Shown here: positions 38,645-47,780 of the stretch, piece after piece
Numbering within the stretch: the stretch's first letter is position 1
How the letters are laid out: each line of letters starts with the position of its first letter
NCBI GenBank assembly: GCA_963755115.1
Contig: CAVWIK010000003.1
Coordinates: 91,149-155,148, forward strand
Direction: 5' to 3'
DNA: 64,000 nucleotides
Source: an uncultured Chloroflexia bacterium
GTDB lineage: Bacteria; Chloroflexota; Limnocylindria; Limnocylindrales; CSP1-4
Translations under genes and position numbers: made by a program
Notes under the pieces: generated by a model
The model's input: only the letters and a program-made list of their open reading frames with translations
Databases searched by the model: none
Told to the model about the DNA's origin: nothing

Positions 38645-40076
38645 ATGTCACGAATCAGGACCAGTAGGCCGAACGAGCTCCTCGTTCCGCTCAGCCGCGA
38701 CGATCCGCGGCCCTTCCATCGCCAGCTCGAGCATGGCCTGCGCGAGGCGGTCCGGTCGGGCCGATTGTCGTCGACGGCGGCCCTGCCTTCGACCCGTGCC
38801 CTGGCCGACCAGCTCGGCGTCTCGCGCGGCGTCGTCGTCGAGGCCTACGAGCAGCTCATCGCCGAGGGCTACCTGACGAGCCGTCCGGGCGGCTCGACGC
38901 GGGTCAGCGCGGCGATGACCGACGTCCCGGCGGCCCCGGTCGTCCGGATGGTGCCGGCGCCGCCGCGGATCGACTTCTTCTACGGTCGACCCGACGTCGC
39001 CGAGTTCCCCCGGCAGGCCTGGCTCCGGTCCCTGCGGCGGGTCCTCAACGAGGCGCCGAGCGACCGCCTCGGCTACCTCGACGACCGCGGCGCCGCGGAG
39101 CTCCGGGACGCGCTGGCGGCGTATCTCAACCGCGTGCGCGGCGCCGCCGCCGACGCCGAGCGGATCGTCATCTGCAACGGGTTCGCCCAGGCCCTCGGCC
39201 TTGTGACCCAGGTCCTGAGGGCCAACGGAGCGCGACGGATCGCCGTCGAGGACCCGGGCCAGCGCGACACGGTCCGGGCCGCCGAGCGGGCCGGTCTCGT
39301 GGTCGATCCGGTCCCGGTCGACGACGACGGGCTCGTCGTGGAGGCGCTGGCACGGACCGCCGCGGACGCGGTCATCGTCACGCCCGCGCACCACTTCCCC
39401 ACCGGAGCGGTCATGTCGGCGGAGCGCCGGGCCGCGCTCGAGACGTGGGCTTCCAGCGGCGACCGGCTGATCCTCGAGGACGACTACGACGCCGAATTCC
39501 GGTACGACCGGGAGCCGATCGGGGCCATCCACGGGCTCGCGCCCGAGCGCGTCGTCTACGCCGGGGTCGGCCAGCAAGACCCTGGCTCCGGGCCTGCGGC
39601 TGGGCTGGCTGGTGGTGCCGGCCCGGCTCGTCGACCAGGTCGCCGCGACCAAGCAGGCCACCGACCGCGGGTCGCCCGGTCTCGAGCAGCTCGCGTTCGC
39701 CGACTTCCTCTCACGCGGGGACTTCGACCGCCACCTGCGCCGGATGCGGCCCATCTACCGGGGCCGACGGGATGCGCTGCTTCGCGCACTGCAGCGGCAC
39801 CTGCCCGAACTGCGACCGGTCGGCGCGTCCGCGGGCCTCCACGTCCTGGCCTGGCTCCCCGACGAGGTCGACGAGGCGACCCTGGTCGGGCTCGCGGCCG
39901 GGATCGGCGTGGCCGTCGACGGGGCGACGCAGTACCGGATCGCGCGCGGCGGTCCCGGTGGCCTGCTCTTCGGCTACGGTGCCGCGACGGAGGCGGCGAT
40001 CGAGGAGGGGGTCGGCCTGATCGCCGGGATCCTGGACCAGGCGCGCCGCGGCCCGGCGCCAACCGCTCGATCCTGA
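38645..40076 (+). pseudogene. MocR/PdxR-type GntR-family regulator (wHTH + PLP aminotransferase-like domain), one frame switch near 39570
   Basis: wHTH 'LPSTRALADQLGVSRGVVVEAYEQLIAEGYL' and aminotransferase-like 'YLDDRGAAELRDALAAYL' and 'VTPAHHFPTGAVMS'. The PLP-lysine block 'SASKTLAPGLRLGWLVVP' and the remainder are in frame 39612..40076. Confidence 0.8.
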
Positions 40077-40118
40077 CGGCGCGCATGTCCTGCGGTCGCG
40101 CGCCAGCCGGACGGCGCC

Positions 40119-41093
40119 TCAGATCGACGCGGGGACGATCCGCTCGAGGATCCCCTCGATCGAGCCGGGGTCGAGCTCGCCGGCGCCGGGGACCTGCGCG
40201 TTCGCGATGGCGGCGGCCATGCCGAGCCGGGCCGCCTCGACGAGGGGCGCACCGCGTCCGAGGGACACGGCGAGCCCGCCCAGGAACGCGTCGCCGCTCC
40301 CGACCCCGTAGGCCCCGCGGACGTCCGGCGGGATGAGCCGCGTCCACCGCACCCCGTCGCCGACGACGGCCCCGTCGACGCCGAGCGTCACGATGACCGC
40401 CGCCGCGCCGGCACCGCACAGCAGGCGCGCCGCCTCGACCGCCGAGGCGGTGTCCGAGACCGATGTCCCCGTCGCCTCGCCGGCCTCGACCGCGTTGACC
40501 TTGACGAGGGCCGGGTGTTCGGCGAGGACCGCCGCGAGGGCGGGGCCATACGTGTCCGCGAGGACGGGGACCGCTCGCGGCGGGTCGGCGGCGATCCGGG
40601 CGATCCGGGCGTAGCCATCGGGCGGTGCGCCGGGAGGCAGGCTCCCGGAGAGCGCCACGGCCGCGATGTCGTCGCGTCCCAGCTCGCCGCGCACGGCCGT
40701 CTCGAGCGCGTCCCACGCCGACGGCTCGACGTCCTCGCCACGCTCGTAGATCTCGGTCATGGTCCCGGTCGATCGGTCGAGGATGGAGACGCAGGTCCGC
40801 GTCTCGCCGCCGGACCGAGCCAGCCGCGCATCGATCCCGCGCTCGGCGAGCCGCTCCGCGATCCAGTCGCCTGTCCGACCGGCGACGATCGCGACCGCCG
40901 TCACCGAGCCGCCCAGGGCCGCCGCCGCGCGGGCCGCGTTGAGCCCCTTGCCGCCGGCGACCGCGACGACGGACCGTGGCCGATGGATCTCGCCGACGGC
41001 GAGCCGGTCGAGCTGGTACAGCCGGTCCACGGACGGGTTGGCCGCGACGAAGAGGAGTCGCCCGGGACGCCGGTCGCCGTCGGACGCGGTCAT
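40119..41093 (-). CDS. 1-phosphofructokinase / tagatose-6-phosphate kinase-like PfkB-family kinase (FruK/LacC type)
   Basis: 'NPSVDRLY', 'VAGGKGLNAARA' and PfkB signature 'GVGSGDAFLGGL'. The ATG at 41093 overlaps the upstream stop (ATGA). Confidence 0.85.
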   Translation of the reverse strand: MTASDGDRRPGRLLFVAANPSVDRLYQLDRLAVGEIHRPRSVVAVAGGKGLNAARAAAALGGSVTAVAIVAGRTGDWIAERLAERGIDARLARSGGETRTCVSILDRSTGTMTEIYERGEDVEPSAWDALETAVRGELGRDDIAAVALSGSLPPGAPPDGYARIARIAADPPRAVPVLADTYGPALAAVLAEHPALVKVNAVEAGEATGTSVSDTASAVEAARLLCGAGAAAVIVTLGVDGAVVGDGVRWTRLIPPDVRGAYGVGSGDAFLGGLAVSLGRGAPLVEAARLGMAAAIANAQVPGAGELDPGSIEGILERIVPASI

Positions 41094-42052
41094 CCGCCGG
41101 CCTGCGCGGCCCGGGCCTCGGCGAGCGTCGGCTGGCCGTCGACACCGCCGACCGCGCGCGTCGAGAGCGCCCCGCAGACCACGCCGAGCTCGAGGCTCTC
41201 GCGGAGGTCGCCACCATCGAGCCAGGCCCGCAGGAAGCCCGCGTTAAAGGAATCGCCGGCCCCGATCGTGTCGACCGGGTCGACCCGCATCGCGGGGACG
41301 CGGACGATCGGCCCGCCGGGCCGGCACGCCAGCGCGCCCTCGGCGCCGAGCTTGACCGCGACGATCGGCCCGCCGTCGGTGCGCCCGATCGAGCCGGCCG
41401 TGGCGAGCGCCGAGGCCGCCGCGTCGACGTCGTCGATCCGGGCGATCCGGCGCGCCTCGGTCGCGTTCGGCAGGAAGACGTCCGAGGCGCGGAGCATCTC
41501 GGCGACACCACCGCCCCACTCGTCCGCCGGGTCCCAGTTCGTGTCGAACGAGGTCGTCAGCCCTCGTGCGCGGGCGGCGGCGAAGAACGCGGGGAGGCGT
41601 TCGCGGCTCGTGTCCTGCAGATAGAACGCCCCGGCATGGAGGTGCTGCGCCCGGGCGAGCAGGGAGGCCGGGACCGCGTCGACGTCGAAGGCGCCGATGG
41701 TGCCCATCGCGGTGAGGATCGCCCGGTCCGCGCCGCCCGCGAGGATGACGCTCGCGCCGGTCGACAGGTCCGTGTCGACGACGCACGCCGAGACGTCGAT
41801 GCCGCGCGCCGCCATCGCCTCCAGCATGAATCGACCGAGCTCGTCGTCGCCCACGATGCCGCAGAACGCGACCCGGAGCGCGAGCCGCGCCGCCCCGCAC
41901 GCGACGATCGCCGACGAGCTCCCGACCGTCATCCGGATCGAGCCGACGAGGCGCTCGACGTCGCCGAAGACCGGGACCGGGTCAGGGTCGGAGACGACGA
42001 TGTCCGGGTTGATCTCGCCGACGACGAGCACGTCGACGTCACGGTCGGCCAC
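41090..42052 (-). CDS. PfkB-family carbohydrate kinase (ribokinase/fructokinase-like)
   Basis: 'VLVVGEINPDIVV', 'FDTNWD' and 'DTIGAGDSFNAGFL'. GTG at 42052 with a GAGG RBS 6 nt upstream. Confidence 0.85.
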   Translation of the reverse strand: MADRDVDVLVVGEINPDIVVSDPDPVPVFGDVERLVGSIRMTVGSSSAIVACGAARLALRVAFCGIVGDDELGRFMLEAMAARGIDVSACVVDTDLSTGASVILAGGADRAILTAMGTIGAFDVDAVPASLLARAQHLHAGAFYLQDTSRERLPAFFAAARARGLTTSFDTNWDPADEWGGGVAEMLRASDVFLPNATEARRIARIDDVDAAASALATAGSIGRTDGGPIVAVKLGAEGALACRPGGPIVRVPAMRVDPVDTIGAGDSFNAGFLRAWLDGGDLRESLELGVVCGALSTRAVGGVDGQPTLAEARAAQAGG

Positions 42053-42060
42053 GGTCGACC

Positions 42061-43050
42061 TCAATAGTCCCGGTACCACGACTCGCCGGGCATCGGCGAC
42101 GTCGAGAGCGGGCCCGGCCGCGCGTGCCAGGGGCGGCCAGCCCCGTCGACCAGGTCCGCGAGCCGACGGAGCCGGTCGCGGCCGGTGGTCGCGAGGAAGG
42201 CATCCCGGGCGTCGGCGCCCATCGTCGCCGCCTCGGCCCACACGGACCGGCCGACGAGGACGCCGCTCGCGCCGGCTTCGCACGCGACGAGGACCTGCGC
42301 CTCGAAGGTCCGCTCGTCGACGCCGCCGGACAGGAGGACCCACGGCACGACCGATGCCGCGTCGAGCTCCGCACAGGCATCGCGCCAGCGAGCCGCATCG
42401 GTCACGGTCGGGTCGTACGGGAACTCAGCCTTGAGGATGTCGCCCCCGATCCCGGTCAGCCGGCGGGCGGTCTCCACCACGACGCGCCGCCTCGCCTCGC
42501 CGGTCAGGCGTTCGCCCTCGACGAGCGAGAAGGAAAGGGGCTCGACGAACAGCGCGAGGTCCGCGGCGCGGCAGTCGGCCGCGACGTCGGCGACGAGGCG
42601 CTCCTGGTCGGCCGCGTTCGGGGCCTCCGGGTGGTAGTAGACGAGGAGCTTCGCGGCGGAGGCACCCATCCGCTTCGCCTTCGCCACGCTCCAGCCGTCG
42701 AGGACCCGGCTGACGCGGGCCGTGGCGGGACCGTCATAGCCCGTGGCCTCGATCGCGACCAGGAGCCCCGCGGTCGCGGGCATCGACCCGTCCGCGATGC
42801 ACTGCGCGGCGCCGATCTCGGGATCGAGCAGGGTCCCGGTCGCGACCGGGGCGAGCGCGCGGACGACGGCCCGCTTGAACGCGACCATCTCGTCGTAGGT
42901 GACGGCGTTCGGATCGTCGGGGCGCAGCTCGCGGCGGAGGTTCTGGCGGTGATCGAGGGCGAGCACGGCGAACGTGCCGCGCGCCGACGCGCACGCCTCG
43001 AGCCCGCGGCGCGTGCCGAGCGCGTAGGACGGCCCCGGGCCGGCCGTCAT
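42061..43050 (-). CDS. LacD/YihT-family class I ketose-bisphosphate aldolase (tagatose-1,6-bisphosphate aldolase-like)
   Basis: 'FAVLALDHRQN', 'AKLLVYYHP', 'LFVEPLSF', 'DILKAEFP', 'PWVLLSGGV' and 'GASGVLVGRSVW'. The ATG at 43050 overlaps the upstream stop. Confidence 0.85.
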   Translation of the reverse strand: MTAGPGPSYALGTRRGLEACASARGTFAVLALDHRQNLRRELRPDDPNAVTYDEMVAFKRAVVRALAPVATGTLLDPEIGAAQCIADGSMPATAGLLVAIEATGYDGPATARVSRVLDGWSVAKAKRMGASAAKLLVYYHPEAPNAADQERLVADVAADCRAADLALFVEPLSFSLVEGERLTGEARRRVVVETARRLTGIGGDILKAEFPYDPTVTDAARWRDACAELDAASVVPWVLLSGGVDERTFEAQVLVACEAGASGVLVGRSVWAEAATMGADARDAFLATTGRDRLRRLADLVDGAGRPWHARPGPLSTSPMPGESWYRDY

Positions 43051-44123
43051 CCCGGCCCCAGCCCGAGGACCCGCCGCGCGTTGTCCCGATAGACCTTGCG
43101 CAAGACGTCGTCCGGCAGGCCGATCCCGTGGATCTGCCAGCGACCCTGGCCCGGGACCGGGTCGGTGCCGTAGTCGAACAATTCGTCGAAGGTCTCGAGG
43201 AACCGGTAGTGGACGGCGTACTCGTCGGGATCCGGTGCCATGTCCATGCCGAACAGGATCCGATCCGCGTACCGCACGAAGAACGCCCGGGCCGTGTACG
43301 GCTGGCGGCCGAGCTCGCCGAGCCGTGCCGCGATGTCGACGTTGAGGTTCGGGTTGTCGTCGAGCAGGCGTCCGACGAGCGCGAGGTCCTCGGCGGCGCA
43401 GCCGACGTGCGCGCCCACGAACGTCGTCCGTGGATGGCGCGCGACGAGTCGACCGAACGCGCCCATCAGCTCGTCGAACATCGGGAACCCCGAGTCGGCC
43501 GGCGCGCCGGGCGGTCGCGTCGGCCAGAAATGCCAATCCGGGTGGGCGTGGAGCTCCTCCCATCGCTCGTTCTGGGCGTCGAGCGGTTCGAAGAAGGCGA
43601 TCGGGTCGGCGATGTGGATGACGACCGGGAGGCCGAGCTCCGCGGCGGTCGACCAGAGCGGGTCGAGACGCGGATCGTCGATGGCGACCAGGCGGCCGTC
43701 GGGGTCGCGTGCGCGCAGGCCGAGCAGCTTCCAGACCTTCAGCCCGCGGGCGCCTCGGGCCGCGGCGTCCCGGAGCCGGGCCGCCTCGGTCGCGCCGAAC
43801 GCCGGGTCGGCGGCCCAGGCGTCGTAGTCGAGACCGGCGAAGACCGCCACCCGGTCCGGATACGGGACCTGCCAGCGGTCGATCTCCGCCGAGAGCGCGG
43901 CACCCTGGCCCCCATCGAGGTCCACGACCAGCTCGATGCCGGACTCGTCGAGCGTGGCGATGAGCTCGGCCGGGGACCGGGTCGCCCAGTCACCGCCGAA
44001 CGGTGACCCGAGGTGGTTGTGCGCGTCGACGACCGGGAACCGGGGCCGCCGGACTTCGTGTGCCGCCACCCGAAGGGAGGACCGCGGCTGGAAGTCGGCG
44101 AGTCGGAGGTCGTCCACGCTCAC
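43047..44123 (-). CDS. Metal-dependent TIM-barrel amidohydrolase (Amidohydro_2-like)
   Basis: 'PVVDAHNHLG' is the HxH metal motif, followed by 'VVIHIADP', 'FVGAHVG' and 'ILFGMDM'. The GTG at 44123 overlaps the SIS gene stop (GTGA). Confidence 0.8.
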   Translation of the reverse strand: MSVDDLRLADFQPRSSLRVAAHEVRRPRFPVVDAHNHLGSPFGGDWATRSPAELIATLDESGIELVVDLDGGQGAALSAEIDRWQVPYPDRVAVFAGLDYDAWAADPAFGATEAARLRDAAARGARGLKVWKLLGLRARDPDGRLVAIDDPRLDPLWSTAAELGLPVVIHIADPIAFFEPLDAQNERWEELHAHPDWHFWPTRPPGAPADSGFPMFDELMGAFGRLVARHPRTTFVGAHVGCAAEDLALVGRLLDDNPNLNVDIAARLGELGRQPYTARAFFVRYADRILFGMDMAPDPDEYAVHYRFLETFDELFDYGTDPVPGQGRWQIHGIGLPDDVLRKVYRDNARRVLGLGPG

Positions 44124-45214
44124 TCGGAGCCGAGGATGACGACCTGGCCGAGGTGCCGCGGCGCATCCGGGTCGCAGCCGCGCGTCAGCGCGAGCTCGAG
44201 CGCGAGCGCGTGACCGGGATGGAGGAGGAGCGGCAGCCGGGCCGATGGGTGCAGGCCGCCGCCGATCCGCGAGATCTCGCCGGCCGTCGCGCCCGCCTCC
44301 ACCTCGTCGCCGGCGATCACCCACGTGTGCGCGCCGAGACGCTCGGCCTCCTCGATGACGGCCACTTCCTCGGCGACCCCGGCACCGCCCACGAGACCGA
44401 CGACCAGGGTCCCGGGCTCGCAGACCGAGATCGGTCCGTGGCGGAACTCGAGCGGCTCGTATGCGCTCGTCGGCACCTGGCTCGTCTCGGTCAGCTTGAG
44501 TCCCCACTCGGCGGCGATCCCGAATGCCGGCCCGCCGCCGAGGACGACGATCCGGCTCCAGTCCGTCGTGCCGAGACGCCGCCCGACCCGGGCCGCTGCG
44601 GCCACGTCGCCCCAGTGCCCGCGCAGCCGCGAGAGGTCGGTCGCGAGGCGTTCGTCGCGTCCCACCCGCGCGACGATCGCGAGCAGGAGCGCCAGCATGC
44701 TGGCGAAGGAGCGCGTCATCACGATCGCCGCCTCGTCCCCCGCCGGCGAGACGAGCGTCACCGCGCCGAGCGACGCGAGCGGACTCGCGCCTCGACAGGT
44801 GACCGCGATCGTCGGGTGGCCCGTCGCACGCATCCGCTCGGCGACCGTCACCGCCTCGGACGTCGAGCCGGAGCGCGAGATGATCACGACCGGTTCGCGG
44901 CCGGCGGCGGCGCTCGGCCCGGCACCATCGGCATCGGCGTCGGCCGCCGCGACGAGGACGCCCTCGGGCCGGAGGATGAGCTCCGAGAGCGGCACCGCGA
45001 TGACCGGCCGGTGCAACACGGCCCGGGCGGCCGACGCCACGGCCTGCGCGAGGTAGTACGACGAGCCGGCGCCCGTGACCACGATCCGGTCCGCCGCGGC
45101 CAGGATCCCCACGGCGGTATCGGGCGCCTCCAGCGCGGCATCGACCGCCGCGGCGATCGCGTCGCCGGACGTCGAGCTCTCGCGCCAGGTCAGCAGGTCC
45201 TCGAAGGCGGTCAT
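44120..45214 (-). CDS. Double-SIS-domain sugar-phosphate isomerase/deaminase (AgaS/FrlB/GlmS-isomerase-like)
   Basis: 'IVVTGAGSSYYLAQ', 'VVIISRSGSTSE', 'VVLGGGPAFGIAAEWGLKLTE' and 'EFRHGP'. Confidence 0.85.
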   Translation of the reverse strand: MTAFEDLLTWRESSTSGDAIAAAVDAALEAPDTAVGILAAADRIVVTGAGSSYYLAQAVASAARAVLHRPVIAVPLSELILRPEGVLVAAADADADGAGPSAAAGREPVVIISRSGSTSEAVTVAERMRATGHPTIAVTCRGASPLASLGAVTLVSPAGDEAAIVMTRSFASMLALLLAIVARVGRDERLATDLSRLRGHWGDVAAAARVGRRLGTTDWSRIVVLGGGPAFGIAAEWGLKLTETSQVPTSAYEPLEFRHGPISVCEPGTLVVGLVGGAGVAEEVAVIEEAERLGAHTWVIAGDEVEAGATAGEISRIGGGLHPSARLPLLLHPGHALALELALTRGCDPDAPRHLGQVVILGSE

Positions 45215-45942
45215 CGGTCGCGCAGCTCCACCGAGTAACGGTACCGGTCGCCGCGGACCGTACTACGACAGAACTCGATCGGCAGGTCATCCTGGTCGAA
45301 GGCGATCCGCTCGACCCGCAGCGCCGGCTCGCCGCGACGCTGATGGAGGAGCGTGGCCTCGTCGGCGGTCAGGAGGATCGGCTCGAAGGTCTCGCGCGCC
45401 CGCGTCGGCCTGCAGCCGTAGTCGTGCAGGAGGGTGTCGTAGAGGCGGACCCGCGAGAAGTCGACCCGTTCCAGCCCGGGGAACCGGGCGACCGGCAGGT
45501 GACTCGTCTCGACGACGAGCGGGTCCGGCCCGGCCAGGCGCAGCCGGCGAAGCGCGAACACCATCGCGCCCGCAGGCACCCCGAGGGCCTCGGCGACGGC
45601 GTCGGCAGCCGGCTCCGCCCACAACCCCAGCACGTTCGTGCCGGGCGTCAGGCCGTGCCGTTCGATCTCGCGGCTGAACGAGTAGAAGCCACCGATCATG
45701 TGCTCGAACCGGGGCGCGGTCACGTACGTCCCGAGACCGCGCCGGATCTCGAGCAGCCCCTCCGCGACGAGCCCCGCCAGCGCCTGGCGGACCGTCGCGC
45801 GGCTGACGCCGTACTCGGCCATCAGCTCGGGCTCCGGCGCGACCTGGGCCCCCGGGCGCAGCGATCCCGTGCGGATGCGCTCGCGCAGGTCCGCCTCGAT
45901 CTGCCGGTACAACGGCAGCCCCGAGACCGCGACGAGGCTCAC
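45211..45942 (-). CDS. GntR/HutC-family transcriptional regulator (UTRA effector domain)
   Basis: 'PLYRQIEADLRERIRTGSLRPGAQVAPEPELMAEYGVSRATVRQALAGLVAEGLLEIRRGLGTYV'. The GTG at 45942 overlaps the permease stop. Confidence 0.85.
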   Translation of the reverse strand: MSLVAVSGLPLYRQIEADLRERIRTGSLRPGAQVAPEPELMAEYGVSRATVRQALAGLVAEGLLEIRRGLGTYVTAPRFEHMIGGFYSFSREIERHGLTPGTNVLGLWAEPAADAVAEALGVPAGAMVFALRRLRLAGPDPLVVETSHLPVARFPGLERVDFSRVRLYDTLLHDYGCRPTRARETFEPILLTADEATLLHQRRGEPALRVERIAFDQDDLPIEFCRSTVRGDRYRYSVELRDR

Positions 45943-46844
45943 CCCTTGATCCCTGTCAGCGCGATCCCGCGGACGAAATGGCGTTGGGCGATGACGAACA
46001 GGATGATCATCGGGATGACGCTCACGAGCGCGCCGGCCATGAGGAGCGGCCACCTCCCGATGTACTGGCCCTGGAACAGCGACAGACCGGCCGTGAGCGT
46101 GAGTGTGTCGATGTCGCGCAGGTAGATGATCGGGTCGATGAGGTCGTTCCAGGACCAGATGAACGTGAAGATCGCGAGGGTCGCCAGGGCCGGCTTCGCC
46201 AGTGGCACGTAGATGTGGCGGTAGATCTGCCACGGGTTCGCCCCGTCGACGCGGGCCGCGTCGGCGAGCTCGTGCGGGATCGCGAGGAAGAACTGGCGGA
46301 GGAGGAAGGTCCCAAAGGCACCACCGAGGAACGCCCCGACCCACAGCGGCTCCTGGGTGCCGATCCAGTTGCCGCTGGTGCTCAACGGGTGCGGCAGGAA
46401 CCGGTACAGGATGAAGTTCGGGACGAGGACCACCTGGAACGGGATGATCAACGTCACGAGGAGGAGCGCGAACAGCGGCTCCCGGAACCGGAACCGCAAC
46501 GCCGCGAACGCGAAGGCCGCCATCGAGCAGCTGATGAGCTGGCCGATCGTGTTCAGGGTCGCGAGCTTCAGGGAGTTGATGAAGAAGTTCGTGAACGGCA
46601 GGGCGGTCCACATGTCCGGGTAGTTGTGCCACTGGGGCACCTTCGGGAAGAGTGTCGGGGGGAGCGCGAACACCTCGGCGCGGGTCTTCAGCGAGGTCGA
46701 GATCATCCACAGGAACGGGGCCATCATGAGCAGCCCGCCCGCGATGAGCAGCCCGATGAGGATGCCCCTGCGGATCGCGCGGATCCGGCGGCCGACCCTC
46801 GCGGCCCGCTCCTGTTCGGCCGCGATCGCGGTACCGGCGCTCAC
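45939..46844 (-). CDS. Carbohydrate ABC transporter permease (MalG-like)
   Basis: EAA loop 'ELADAARVDGANPWQIYRHIYVPLAKPAL' and six hydrophobic segments. The GTG at 46844 overlaps the upstream stop. Confidence 0.9.
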   Translation of the reverse strand: MSAGTAIAAEQERAARVGRRIRAIRRGILIGLLIAGGLLMMAPFLWMISTSLKTRAEVFALPPTLFPKVPQWHNYPDMWTALPFTNFFINSLKLATLNTIGQLISCSMAAFAFAALRFRFREPLFALLLVTLIIPFQVVLVPNFILYRFLPHPLSTSGNWIGTQEPLWVGAFLGGAFGTFLLRQFFLAIPHELADAARVDGANPWQIYRHIYVPLAKPALATLAIFTFIWSWNDLIDPIIYLRDIDTLTLTAGLSLFQGQYIGRWPLLMAGALVSVIPMIILFVIAQRHFVRGIALTGIKG

Positions 46845-47752
46845 TGGTAGTAGACCCAGCGACGCTGTGACTGGAAGTAGACCGCGGTGAAGACCGCGAC
46901 GATGATGAACAGGATCCACGACGCCGCGCTGGCGTAGCCCATCTTGAAGAACTTGAAGCCACTCTCGTAGATGAAGTAGACGACCGTGATCGTCGCGTCG
47001 GTCGGCTTGGGCTTGGCCAGCACGAAGACCTGGTCGAACACCTGGAAGCTGCCGATGAGGCTGAGCACGCCGGTGAAGAAGATCGCCGGCGTCAGGAGCG
47101 GCAGTGTGATCCGCCGGAACCGCGCCCACGTGCCGGCGCCATCGACGCTGGCGGCGTCGAGCAGCTCGGACGGGATCGCCTGGAGACCGGCCAGGAAGAT
47201 GATGACGTTCACGCCGAGGCCCTGCCAGATCGACATCGCGATGATCGAGGGCATCGCGAGGGTCGGGTTGCTGAGCCACTTCTGGGCCGGGATGCCGAAG
47301 ATCCCGGTCACCTCGTTGAGGAGCCCGGAGTCCGCGCTGTAGATCCACTGCCAGACGAGGGCGATGGCGATCGTCGAGGTCACCACGGGCAGGAAGTAGG
47401 CCGTCCTGATCCAGGCGATGCCCCGGAACGCCTGGTTCAGCGCGACCGCCAGGCCGAGCGCGATCGCGAGCCCGAGCGGGACCGACACGATCGTGTAGAA
47501 GAACGTGTTCCGGAGCGCCTTGATGAACCGGTCGTCGGTCAGCAGCGCGGTGTAGTTGTCGATCCCGGTGAACGTCGGCGCGGTGAGGAGGTCCCACCTC
47601 GTCAGGCTGATCGCGAGCGTTGCCAGGATCGGACCTGCGGACAGGATCGCCAGGCCGATGAGCGTCGGAGCCAGGAAGGCCAGCGCCCAGCGGCCCTCGC
47701 CCGCCAGCGGCCCGCGACCCCGCCGAGTGGCGGGGCCGCGCACGGTCGTCAT
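46841..47752 (-). CDS. Carbohydrate ABC transporter permease (MalF-like)
   Basis: 'ELLDAASVDGAGTWARFRRITLPLLTPAIFF'. The 303-aa ORF is uninterrupted. Confidence 0.9.
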   Translation of the reverse strand: MTTVRGPATRRGRGPLAGEGRWALAFLAPTLIGLAILSAGPILATLAISLTRWDLLTAPTFTGIDNYTALLTDDRFIKALRNTFFYTIVSVPLGLAIALGLAVALNQAFRGIAWIRTAYFLPVVTSTIAIALVWQWIYSADSGLLNEVTGIFGIPAQKWLSNPTLAMPSIIAMSIWQGLGVNVIIFLAGLQAIPSELLDAASVDGAGTWARFRRITLPLLTPAIFFTGVLSLIGSFQVFDQVFVLAKPKPTDATITVVYFIYESGFKFFKMGYASAASWILFIIVAVFTAVYFQSQRRWVYYQ

Positions 47753-47780
47753 GCTGGAGCTCGCGTCCGGGAGGTGGGCG

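Noticed and set aside
39556-41511. 651-aa minus-strand ORF and + ORFs 40515..41624 and 40976..42067
   Set aside because: They are out of frame or antisense relative to the two PfkB kinase genes and the MocR gene. Their composition is Arg/Pro-rich.
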